DNA of 64,000 nucleotides from Podarcis liolepis (lineage: Eukaryota), in NCBI GenBank assembly GCA_965112155.1, contig OZ218105.1. One strand, written 5' to 3'. Numbering within the stretch: position 1 is the first letter of the stretch; every line of letters starts with the position of its first letter. Under the pieces are notes generated by a model that was not told the DNA's origin, made no database searches, and saw only the letters and a list, made by a program, of their open reading frames with translations. The translations under genes and the position numbers were made by a program. This document shows, piece by piece, positions 37,352-49,414 of this stretch.

Positions 37352-38149
37352 TCAGTAAGACCCACTGGGATTTGAGTAAAAGATGCAGAAGATTAACCCT
37401 CAGGCATTCTTAGTATGACTGAAATCAACAAGTGAGGGAAGGCAGTGAAGAGAAGTGCACCAAATCCACCTCACCTTGCTGTTCTCATTGCTCTACATGC
37501 ATTGGAAGGTGAGCATGTGATGCAGAGAAAGTCCTGTCCCCATGGAGGTTCCCTGCACGTGTTAGACAGAGCTATGTGAGAAATACAAGTGAGTTCACAT
37601 ACCTAATTCACACTTTATGAAACAGCATTAAAGGGGCACAGAATTGCCCTTTGGTTAAGGGAGCGAGGTAATGGATAACGAGGGAGACCCCTCATTATAA
37701 GCATCAAAATTCCGCAGGATATAACTAGAACAGCTGTTGACTTGAAATTTGGCATACACAATCTCCCTGGTGAAGTCTAGAAATGTGTCAAAATTGAAAC
37801 TGTGCAAATAAAAATGTCTACAGGCAGAGCAAGTTTTTAGAAATGTTAAAAATTGCCTCGTTTTTCCTTCTAGTTTTGAAGTGAGAATTCTGCCAACACT
37901 ACAGTACAATGTTTACAGAGGGAGCCACCTAGTGGATGTAATGTCCAGTGCCCATGCCTTCAGTTATGGCACATGACAGTGCTGTGCAGTGGTTAGTCCA
38001 GGGAATGCCAATGTTTGTGGGCCTATAGACACATTTAGAAACCTGAGAAAATATCATGAGGACCACACATGCCACTGCTGATGCACTCTGCCACCATATA
38101 TATGCTTTAGGGGGGGGGGTTAAGTGTGCATGTGAGCCCTCTAGCATTT

Positions 38150-38164
38150 GAGATATATATATAT

Positions 38165-38216
<52 letters not shown>

Positions 38217-38226
38217 GTATGTATAT
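38150..38226. repeat. (AT)n microsatellite
   Basis: Direct observation. Confidence 0.95.
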
Positions 38227-41200
38227 AAACAAAACAGGAAAAATCAGTGATAGAATAATCTCCTGGCCTAACACCAGAGTTAATGCTATCTCATGCTAGC
38301 TCAAGCACCACAGATCCAGGAAAGTGGAAGCTAAGGTTGATGCCTTAACAGACATGCCCTGTGTTTAGTAATGACATTAAAACAAAACAAAACAAACATT
38401 ACTGGCACCACTAGAAAACATAACCACATACATCACGCCCCAACTGCAGCGGTCCTACGCTTGCCCAAACTGCATCAGAGGGGACCCATATCTCTAAATA
38501 GAAATTAAAGGAGCAAAATAGAGGTTGGCATTCAGTGTACTTTAATGGAACTTGTCATGAATGGGCAACCTGATGTCTCAGTCTCATTTCATAGCTGGAT
38601 GTAAAAATGGGCTGCAATAGAAAGTTGAGTTGCATTATAAAGTGCAGCTTTTGTTTCCAGCATTATATGTGTCTGGAGAATGTAATTACCTTCCAGAGGT
38701 AATGGTTTCTTTTTTTGATGGGAGCAAACAGCAGGAACCAAGCTCTCTTCATGAGCAGCTTGATTGACTAATGGCAGCCATTGTAAACAAAAAACCTGTG
38801 CTTTGTGGCCTCACATTTCTTCTTCAGGGGAAAGCAGAAGACAAAAGAAGAGAGGATATAGAGCCCAGCTTGAAATCACAGTATGCTATACTCAAACATT
38901 TAAGGTTTTAAAAGCTTATGTTACAAGGGATGAATGGAAAGGAGGGAGGCCTTCAGGAAGGTAGGTGGAGAAACAGGCCCTCTATTCATCAGTGTTAGGC
39001 TACTATTTACACAACAGATTGTGTGCCTATTGTGAATGTGAATTGACAAACCCATCAATTTCTGGGAGTTTTTTTATTTTAACATTCCTTTATGTTTTTA
39101 TGGTGTTGGAGCATGCATTCTTCAAACTTTCACTGCATCCTCTCTCTTTTGTTGTTGTTGTGGACTCTAAAGAACAGAATGGATTTTGAGCCAAATTAAA
39201 ACTTAAAACAAATCCATTAATATTGACGGAGATTGTGCCAGGATTCAGTGGGCTCAAAGAGATTAAAATGGAAGCACAGTTTTAGTGTCTCAAATTCCGT
39301 AGGCACTTCTGACCATCCATCATGGAATTATGCTTTGCTTGCATCTTCAAATAGCCATCATAGCATATTTCAAATGCTGATGAATTACTTAGAATTGTTG
39401 AAGATGTAGCCACATTAATTTATCATGCTAAGGCTAACTGAGCTTCAGGAATACGTGAGAGGGAAGCCATTCTGTTCAACAGTGCAATTTATATTGGGGG
39501 GGGGGGATCTGAGAACTTTGTTGTGTACCGTCCCCCCATTTCTGCTGGTTAAATTTCAATCTGGATATACTATACTGTAGGTGCAGCCAACATTGTGCCA
39601 TGAGATGCATTGGACTACAACTCCCATCAAGCCTGACCATTGGCCAGGCTCCCTGGAGCTGATGGGAGTTAGACTTCAGCAACATCTGGAAGTTATACCA
39701 TTGGCTATACTACCTCAAGCAGGCAAGAGTTTTAAAACCAGCAAAGCACTAAAGAAATGTGTGGTTTTGCAGCATCAGCATCAATTTGGCTTATACTGGT
39801 AGTGATTACAGCCTTTCTTGAATGACTGAGGGAGCTTTTTGAAGGGATAAAGGCAAACCAGATCAGAGACTGCAGGTAAAGAACCTGTAGCCATGCCAAA
39901 GATAGCATGGGAAGGTGGAACAGACTGTTTCACCATCTTATTAAACACAGCATGTGAGCACTTTCCTTAGGTTTTGAGGATACTCCTGGTAGCAGAGAAC
40001 ATCATCCAAGCATTATGTCACCATCATAGTTTTTAAATGTCTGCGCAGGGAGCAGGGGATGGCTTTCTCTGGCTGTAAAGAACATAAATAGCTGGCAGCT
40101 TCCAGCCCAGTCCTTCTCACCTGAACCAAAACATCCAAATAAACCATCAGTTCTGATGTCTCAGGCTGGGTGGGAGACAGATTGTGGCAACCCCTGTTAG
40201 GTCTGCCTTTAAGCTGGCTCTATGCAGAAAGCTCCCACAGGTCCCCATTACTACAATCAGCTGATTTGCCTGGAAAGATACTTGTCAATTTGGTATTTGC
40301 AGCAACAACAGAACACTTTTTACATACACATGGCTTCTTCAGCGAGCAGCACTCCATCAAGTGTTCCAGGTGGCTCCCCCAGACATTACAGAAAATTCTG
40401 TAAATTTTTGATTGGTATACAGGCCAGCCATGCCACAAGGCATGCAAGAAGCCATGTCCCCAGGTTGTTTGACGTGCCAGAAGCATCTTTAAATGTGCCA
40501 CTCCAGGGAACTGCCTAGCCTGTCTTCGTGGTTCAGACAGCCTGCTAGGGTTTTTGGTACTCTCAGAAAGCTTAATGTCAAAAACAACCAGTAGCCGATG
40601 ATCTTTTAGTAGGTGGGGTAGTCCTCCCCCAATTTCCCTTATGTGAGTGCATGAAGCTCCTGCCTGAGCGTGATTGTAAGGATGTGATGGTGTACGAGCC
40701 AGAAAAACACAGGCATACAATGGCATTCCTGCAATTTTGTCAATAACAGCCTATGTGGGCTTACTGTGATTATAGAATGCCAAGGCTTTTCAAACAATCG
40801 TACATAGAATCCACAGGTCCCCACTTGTGAATGCAGAGCCTAGGTGTGTATAATTTGTACATTCATGTGCTTTATTCTGACCTTAAGATCAATGCATAAA
40901 GATGAGGAGCAAGGTCAGGAGGCATGCTTTCCCTACTCCCTGATGTGTTGATTCTGTATATATGATTGTTGTGTGAATATCTTGATGTGATTGTATTCCT
41001 ACCAGCTTGAGAACCTCATAGTACTGTACAATGGACATTTGTCATCATAGAAGCACTTGTGGATCAGTCCTACAAAATGCGTAACTCGTTAAGAATTGTA
41101 AGCAAAAGAATTAGGATGAGTAGTCATAAAACCTGCATAGATATTAAAGGTCACATACGGTGATCTATGTCCCGTGGCTCTAAAGAAAGCACTAGAAATG

Positions 41201-41299
41201 AAGGCAAAAACTAACTAAAAGAAAGGCAGGGCTGAGTAAAATTAAAATTCTGTGCTATGGTACCAGAAATTTGCTGCCAAGAAGAGCTGAACAGTATAT

Positions 41300-41505
41300 C
41301 ACATCCAAATCATTTAGCACATTCAGAACTTCTCCAACCTGTCCTCTCTCCTGTAGCCCCCTCTGTACCCCAAAAAATCTCTCTGAAGGGTTGATGGAGC
41401 CTCCAGAGCATATTTGGGGATCATGGGGGACCTTGAGGGGAGGAAGTCCTGTTGCGCAAGTGGAGTTCCATTGCACAAACAGATGAACATCATTAAATGT
41501 TGCCC
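41300..41505. mobile_element. Degraded palindromic MITE (related copy at ~51500-51700)
   Basis: Imperfect internal inverted symmetry (cccc..ctctgaagggt / gcctccagagc..tggggg) and similarity to 51500-51700. Confidence 0.4.
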
Positions 41506-42242
41506 ATAAGGATTAGAAATGGAGAGGGCTTTTTGGGAGTACTGAAGTGTAAAGTACTATACACACAGCTCTGAAGGAAGATTGATATGAAATGAAAATA
41601 TGACTCTATAATATTCAGAATGTCTCTCCTTGTCAATAAGCTGAAAGAGAAAATGATAATCACCTCGGCCTGTACTGTTTCCCGTGAATCCCTGTCTTTC
41701 CAACAAAATCATTTTCCTTCTTTAGAACTGCTTAAGCTTTTGAAACCTGGTATATTATTAAATGTACTTTAGGGGAATATTATTATAATTGCCAGTGTGC
41801 ACTATAATTCTAATGATTATCAGTCACAAAGGCTGGAAATAGTTTGTGTTCAGAAATGAAGAACAGCACAACTCATTTGAATGAATGAAACTGGGTAATG
41901 CTCACTTCAGTGTTTTTATGTTCTTCCGTCAGCGATGCTTTATTGGTGCATGAAAGGTACAAAGTCTTTGAGGCTTCTAAAAATGTTGCTGATGCTCTTT
42001 TTCTTAAGGGCCTAAGCATTCCAAGATGGATGAGTCAGTCATTTCAAGTGGACTGTTAAAGCCATAGAGAAGAGAATTAGAGGAGCAGGACAGATTCTTT
42101 ACAGAGAATGGCCAAATGTCCCTTCAAAGAATGCTCCAAGAAGCAAAAGATGTTAAAAACAGGGCAGACACTGTAGAGAAAAACATGAAGACACAGCCAT
42201 AGAAAAGTGGGTGGCAGAAGCTAGAGTGAGACCTACTGTTAG

Positions 42243-42546
42243 ACAGGGGTAGATAAATCTGTCAGTTTTGGGTTCTTTCTGTTTGCCCTATTTCTGCGTA
42301 CATTTGTGATTTTAAAAAAAACACATCTGTGTGAAATTTTGCATGTGAATTTATCCTAAGAGAATGCATTTCATCACATTATTTTCATTAATATATGCAT
42401 TTTCGCATGAACATTTCCTCAATATACATGTTTTTGTACACATTGGTTGGGGGACTTTGGTGTGGGGTGTGTGCTTTGGTTCAGGAAGTGCCATTTTGGT
42501 AATCTAATACTAAAATGCAAACTGATTTAACCTTTGCCACATCTCT
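42243..42546. mobile_element. Degraded non-autonomous DNA element (related copy at ~58130-58530)
   Basis: Shared motifs aaatctgtca.., gcattttt, tttttgtacaca.., tggttgg(g/a)ga in both copies. Confidence 0.5.
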
Positions 42547-44862
42547 TCTGGGAGATCACGGGGTGATCTGAAGGAAATAAAAAGGGATTTGACCCCCAAT
42601 CATTTACCAATGGCAAGAACAACACAATTCTTCATTCTAGCACAAACTATACTGCAGAAATTAAGACAGCTGAGTGAGGAACAACCAGGAGTAGATTTTT
42701 GTGTGGAAGGAAGAGTGTCGATTCTGTGTAGTTTGGGTACTCAAAAACATTTACAGGGCTTAATTCTGAGGCCATGTCTCTTGCACTTGTTCCCAGTTGA
42801 TGGATCTCAGGTTTCTTATACAAACCAAGAATATCTCACAAGCCTGAAGTCTGCCCAGCCCTGCCTTTGGGCAGAGGAGGACAAATCAGCACTTTCTTTC
42901 AGGACACCAAAGATAGCCAAGCAAGCATAAAACTTAACAGTTTTCATAAAGAATCAGCATTTTATAAGGGTTTGGGGGGGGGGTTAGCTTGTTGTCAGTA
43001 AAAAGCAAGGAGGAACTTCAAAGCTGCACATATTTTAATGGTAACATATGTTGATATTTGAATTTGATTTTTCTTTAGGTTTTTATTATATTTATTTACT
43101 ACTTCTCAATTTGTAATTTGCTGTCAATACTTCAGAGGTAATGCAAGAGTGTAAGACCCCCAGGCTTGCAATTTCTTGTCTGTGTGCCTCTTCATATTTC
43201 TAGTATGTTAGTTCAGAATGCTGGAGTTCAAATCCAACATGTCAGTCATGTGTCTCCTCGGTTCATTTCTCTTCACAGGTCCCTGTCAGAATTTGCACAT
43301 AAACCAGAACTGTTGGAAATCAGACTGTTCTCCCAATCACAAGAGTAAACTTAAAGAGGGAATGAGTATCTGGAAGTAGTCATCCCCACTGGTAAGGGAT
43401 CGGTACTGTCAGAGCTATCCTTCTGTTTAGCAATGCAAGATTAATGTGCATGCAAAGCTAGATGGAGACTGTGTGGTTGCCCCTTAAGAAATCCTCAAAA
43501 ATGGCCTCCCCTCTTCTTCTGTTAACAGAGCCACCTGCTGGATGGAAAGCCATTTCATGAGCACAAGGACACCAATTGGATTCCGCTCAGTACCTACCTA
43601 CCTAAACCAGCAGTGGAAAACTCATGGCTCCAGATGTTCCTGGACTGAAACTCCCATCAGCTCCAACCAGGCCACAGGTTCCCATCCCTCATCTAAACAC
43701 ACATTTCTTGCAGTAAAATTATCAGATGAAATGAAGCCTACCATCTTTTTTTTTAAAAAAAAAACCAACCTGTGCTTAAAGGGGGGGGGGGCGACATCAA
43801 CACACACACAGACAGGAATTGAAAAGAAACTAGTAAAGGCAAATCTCCAAGTTCATGATTCAGTCTCTCCCTTTAGTTCCAAAATAGTTCACACTTTAAT
43901 TTTCTTGGGGCTTTTTAATTCAATATTTAATTTGCATGCAAATTAAAATGTTTCACAACTCAATACGTTTAGATTGGCATCTCCCATTCTATAATTCCCT
44001 CTTCTCTTCTTGCCTTCCATTTCTACACAGATATTCTACCTAATGAGATTATTTTAATAACTTTTATGAAGCAGCTTGTTTTAATTTGCATCCTTTGTAA
44101 ATAATTCTATAGATCTTTTCAAGTAGGTATATGTCTCTGTGTCACAGAGAATCCAAGACCAAAAGCTGCTCAGCAGACGTTAAAATTGCAATGTTCTATT
44201 AATTGTTAAGAAATGTGCCAGGAACTGGAAATAAAAATAAAACTAAAAGGATGTTCAATGCCTATGAAACACAAGCAGCCCCCTTTCTGAACACTGTGTT
44301 GTACACAATGATATTATGAGGACACGGCTGATCCTGCCTCTTCTGTCTACCACTGAAGTGGCCTTTAATATAGCCATTGTCTACCCATTGCAAAGCATAA
44401 GCTGTTCTTCAAATGACAAATACATATTTCTTAGATAGTGTGGGATGGATGGGAGAGGGCTCTGTTGGGTGATTGCTCTCTGATGTGCCACAGAATTCAA
44501 TAAATACCCAAATCTAAGCCAAAACTACAATGTCTGGTGGAGTGGGCCCATTTCCAAGGCCCACAGCTTTCCACCAGGTTCTGGGTCCAGCCCACGAAGA
44601 CAGGAATGGCAATCAAAGTGCTGGGCTTTGAATGTCAAATAAGAATGCACCACCATTCCTGTGTAACCAGCAACAAAATATGGTAGTACAGACTGCTCCT
44701 GTTAAGGGTTTGAGTCGCCCAGCTGTGCCCTCTTCCAGTGGCTACCATTCCATGACCACTGGACATACTCAGCCTTCATTTGGCTGTTTCTGGTTTCCAC
44801 CATCTTTTATAGGATTTTCCCCAAAGTACTTTTTGTTGGTTTTCCCTAACCCTGCTAATACG

Positions 44863-45018
44863 TGTATCTGAAGAAGTGTGTAGAATATGTGTATCTGAAG
44901 AAGTGTGCATGCACATGAAAGCTCATACCAAGAACTAACTTAGTTGGTCTTTAAGGTGCTACTGGAAGGAACTTTTTTATTTTGACTATGGCAGACCAAC
45001 ACGGCTACCTATCTGTAA
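44863..45018 (+). mobile_element. Penelope-like element terminal (pLTR) fragment
   Basis: ctgaagaagtgtgcatgcacatgaaagctcatacc..ttagttggtctttaaggtgctactgg..cagaccaacacggctacc; 12-bp TSD CCTGCTAATACG (44851-44862 / 45019-45030); partial tandem duplication of the 5' end. Confidence 0.85.
44891..44928 (+). ncRNA. Minimal type-I hammerhead ribozyme motif (Penelope-associated)
   Basis: Stem I GTAT/ATAC; core CTGAAGA; palindromic stem II GTGTGCATGCACAT; GAAA; stem III reduced to the palindrome AGCT; NUH = CUC. Confidence 0.7.
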
Positions 45019-45097
45019 CCTGCTAATACGGTAATTTTCACTTATGGGTAGTGCTTTTTTGGCTACATAAGAAACAGCGTGCACACACATTCGATAA

Positions 45098-45379
45098 GGT
45101 GAATGTAAGTTGAATTGTGAATGTGCATGGTGAGAAGCCAATGTGCATATTCACCAGGCCTCATGGTGAATGTACCTATAATCCTTCCCTGAAGAGCATA
45201 ACATTCAGCTGAGATATGCACATTCCCCAAAGCCTGTGGGGATTATGTATATATTGACTGGATAATATGCTCCATTCCCTCTGCATGGAAGGATTGTGTA
45301 CATATTCTCCATGAGGCCTGGTGAATGTGCACAATGACCAGTTATTATGCACATTAAGCACTCAACTTTCACCCTCACC
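45098..45379. repeat. ~280-bp imperfect palindrome (MITE-like) with nested hairpins
   Basis: gtgcatattcaccaggcctcatggtgaatg..atccttcc versus ggaaggat..attctccatgaggcctggtgaatgtgcac. Confidence 0.75.
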
Positions 45380-45539
45380 ATACATAAATAAATATAGGCA
45401 TATATGCTTACTCTTAGTATATATGATTAGGCTGCAATCCTATGCATACTTACTTGAGAGTAGGTCCATTAAACCGACTAATTTATTTCTGAGCAAACCT
45501 AGTCAATGATGAAACAGAAGAATGCAATGGGCACACAGT

Positions 45540-45695
45540 GGCTGTGTACACTCTGCACCCACCTTTAAAGCATTGCTTATTGTTAATGGTTGCTGGGAAT
45601 AGCAACTCTGTGAGGGGTAAACTACAGTGCCCAGAATCCTATGAGAGAATGAATGTGCTTTGAATGGCTGCAAAGGTACAGTTTGCATGTAGCCA
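45540..45695. mobile_element. Palindromic MITE family (related copies 57227-57405 and 63635-63967)
   Basis: Shared ggctg(t/g)gtacac ends and ctgggaact..tagtt / aactacag..cccag internal motifs. Confidence 0.6.
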
Positions 45696-47404
45696 CTACC
45701 AGCTAAAAGTACTTGTGATGAAAAATAACAATAGCAGCAGGTTCTTATGAAGCCCTGTGATTGGCATGAGAACACTTTAAATCTTAATGGGAGGAGAGAG
45801 CAAGGGGTTTATTATGGAGAGGGAATCTCCAGAATGGGGGGGGGGGGGACGGACCCTACCTTCTCAGATAAAACACTACTGAAGTATCTCTTGTGCTAAG
45901 AATTTCATGAAGCTGACCGTTGATAATCTAGTAAGCAGAACAAGGCAAAGTATTTCTACTTGAATGTGAGAAATGGCTCATTTCAAACATAACAGGTTTT
46001 GCTGTGAGATATCAATAATCACAGAGAAAGAGGGGCAAAGCAGCAACAAGCCAGAACAAGTGGTCAGTCATAAAGAGGGTTTGTGGAAATTCTGCAATGA
46101 GAACGTAGGCTTCAGTGAGAATAATACTTGGCAAGAGAAGAGCAGAAGGAAAGATTTCTTTTCTAAATAAAGAAAACAACCAGTGAGGCAGCAAATAATG
46201 GTAGCTATGAGGACAAAAAGGAGGTGGGAGGCAAAGACTATATTAGAAGGGGTATAGAGAAGGGACTGTTTTTGTCCAAAGAAAAGAGGAATTGAAAATG
46301 CAGTTCAAAAGCAAGAACTCCCACAGAGGGACGTGCAGAGGAGACAGCTTGACAAACTACACAAATAAAGGTCAACTTAAACATTGCATTCTTGTTGCAT
46401 GTAAGCAAATTCTGATGGGTTTTTCTCTAGTGCAGTGCATCCTCCAATGGGGGCAGTGAAGGGTAATCCATCAAGATGAATGGGGCATTGCCACACCAAC
46501 CTCATTCTTGTTGGGTATAAGCAACCTTTCATGCCTCCGGTCAGTAGAAGGCAGGGTGTATATGCCACAGAAGTTCTGTCACGCAGTTAAGCTCACTACA
46601 GAAAACAGTCACTTGGCAGAGTTTTCTTTACAAGGCTAACACCAACATACACCACTATACATACAAACACTATTTACAGATGTTACAAGTAGTATTCTCT
46701 CTCTGAGCCCAGAGAGGATTATTTGCTTCCATGTCCTTGCTGTGTTATAGTTCACAGCCAAGTCTAAGTTCAGTTGCTTTCAAAGTCCTGCAACTGATAG
46801 TTCTCTGATTTCTGGCAATTTTCCAACTTCTTTCTCAAATGATCTCTTCACTCGAATCCACAGTTCCAACAGAAAACCTTCCACAACTCCTGCAATCTCC
46901 TACCAGGACCCACACAGTATGCTGTAACCCAAGCCAATTTAGACAGAAAGTTACGTGCCAAATCTGCCCAGTAACACAGATAAGAGAGTCACAAGATGCC
47001 TGCAGGTGCATTGTGGGGAATGAGTCATCTCTGCTGATTCATGGAGAAAGAAACCTTTAACTGGGGACTCCTTTATAATTGATTATACCGTACCATTTTT
47101 AGCAATGCTAGCGATGTGTGAATGAGATACATGATAGGTGGTGGGTTAGCTCCAGCTTGCAAGCTATTTTTACTCTGCTAAATACATATAAACCAATTTT
47201 ATTTTTAAAATCTATCAATTATGCCTTCTACTAGCTCCCACCCACTTGCTGGCTTACTTACAGCCAGTCAGGAGTGACTTGATGTCATGGACTTGCTGAA
47301 CGATGAGGAGTGGTGAGAGGCTCCGGCAGGAGAAGCCCCTAGAAAAACCTCAGAAGAGTAAGGGAAGACCTACTGTTGGTTTTCCTGCCTTCTATCCTAC
47401 CAGT

Positions 47405-47640
47405 TCTATTGGGCATCAGCTTGCTCCTGAAGCTGGCCACCCCTATCCTCAGCTGGGCAGTGCACCCGGCCAGGCTGGGCACAGTGGGCTCCCTCAGGGG
47501 CACACTCAGCAGTAATATATGCTACACCACTGAGTGTGCTGATGTCAGGAACATATGCCGCTTGCAGTGTGCACGGCCCCGGCGCAAATAAATGTTGTGG
47601 GAACTGGAGCACCGAAAGCCCTACACACTTGGCACCTATG
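47405..47640. mobile_element. Degraded DNA-transposon-like element ending TTGGCACCTATG
   Basis: Terminal motif similar to CTGGCACCTCTG at ~63883-63894; internal 10-bp inverted repeat GCACACTCAG/CTGAGTGTGC (47500-47539). Confidence 0.4.
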
Positions 47641-48848
47641 ATGGGGTGTGTAGGAAAAGGGTGTTCAGCTCATCTCCTGTCAGTAGCTCTTCTCTTGAAC
47701 TCATTAATTCCAATTTCTTTTACCCCTTCTAGTGTCCCAGAGCTGTGTTTTCATCACAAACCTGAATCTGAAGCCCCGCTGGAGTAAACACACACGTAAC
47801 ACTTGGTGTCAGGAACTTTCAGGGGGAAAGTCTTCAGATCTGGCAATGAAAGAATTCTTGTCTCATTGCCCCTGCCAAGCACTCCCTTTTGTGGGCACAT
47901 TACAACAGAGAAAGTGCCCCTAAGGCTTTATTACACATGTGGGCAGAATAAGAGGAAAATGAAACAAAAGGTAGACAAGCTTCTGTGCTTCTAGTAATCA
48001 ACTCTTCATTAAGTTCAAGGTGTTTTGGAGAAGTCTTCTTGAATGTTATAAACCACTCAGTTTCACGACTCCAACAAAATCTGGATCTGAAAGGCCCAAA
48101 TATTAGCATTCTTGAAGTGTCCTCACAGTTAATTCCGATCCCAGGGTGATCCTCTGAGAATACTCACCTTATGTTCAAAGCCAAGAAAAATGACACTATT
48201 GTCTTCTCAAAGATGTCACCGTCCTGATGTAACAGAATTAAGGATATTCTTTCAATTAGGTGCTAATGGACCCAGGATTGCAAGGCTACATGGAACTGAG
48301 ATGGTTTTCAATAGTTTTTGAAAATTAAAATTGAGAATTAGTGATTTAAACAGCTTCCATCTCATATACCTTTTAAGCAATGGACAAAAATAATAACCAT
48401 TTAAAAATCAGTTTACTTAAGTGTTGGATGTTTACTACAGCATCAGGTAACTTCTCTCACTATTATTAATAAACTTATTAGCTATTCCTTTTTTCCTTCA
48501 AAAGTGATGTCTGTTGTATGCAAGTTTTCAATGGAACACATAGAGCTGCTAATCCACATCTTGAAAAGGAAGTGTCAGAGTTTGTGGGCCTGCAGCGATC
48601 TTGCATTGATACTTCACTCATTAGTTACACTGCAGGATTGACTTCAAACAGACTCCTGTTACTGCACTAAAGGAAGGAGAAGCAATAGTGAATATTGAAA
48701 GTGACTTTTTGATGTCATAGTAACCCCCAACAATATCATATCAAATTATGAAGAATAAGGAATTTGAAAATACATTCCTTGTGGAAATGTATACTGCATC
48801 ACCTTACATCTTTTGCTACTTTCCCAACTTTGGTTCATTCTGCTGTAT

Positions 48849-48850
<2 letters not shown>

Positions 48851-48894
<44 letters not shown>
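48851..48894. repeat. (GT)n microsatellite
   Basis: Direct observation. Confidence 0.95.
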
Positions 48895-48896
<2 letters not shown>

Positions 48897-49163
48897 AAGA
48901 CATCTGAGGGAAATTATTGCTAATTATTTATCTCATTTATTAACCACTTCCTATGAAGCGTCTCAAAGCAATGTCAGTCACAATACAATAAAAACATATG
49001 CAAACAATTGCATATATAAAATGGTTTAAAACAACTGCATATATAAAAACAATTCTAATTCCAATACAGATACCAACTATATTCGGACACATGCACACAC
49101 ACACACCCAAAGCAAATTACTCACCATTTTGTGATCCAAAGGCCTACACATGAACACATACTA

Positions 49164-49414
49164 CAGTCGCACCTTGATTCTCAAATGCCTTGTGACTCAT
49201 ATGTTTTGATTCCTGAATGCCGCAAACCTGGAAGTGAGTGTTCCGGTTTGCAAACAATATTTGGAAGCCGAACGTCCGACAGGGCTTCCGCAGCTTCTGG
49301 TTGAGTGCAGGAAGCTCCTGCAGCCAATCAGAAGCTGCACCTTGTTTTTTGAACGTTTTCAAAAGTCAAACAGACTTACAGAACAGATTCCATTTGAGAA
49401 CCAAGGTACGACTG
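49164..49414. mobile_element. Tc1/mariner (pogo/Tigger-like) non-autonomous element
   Basis: TIRs CAGTCGCACCTTGATTCTCAAATG / CATTTGAGAACCAAGGTACGACTG; TA on both sides (49162-49163, 49415-49416). Confidence 0.9.

Noticed and set aside
40170-40824. Overlapping ORFs, including 168 aa on the minus strand
   Set aside because: No recognisable domain, no convincing splice structure, composition looks random.
47283-47345. Possible LTR start TGTCATGGAC..
   Set aside because: Too short; no matching 3' CA end, PBS or TSD could be identified.
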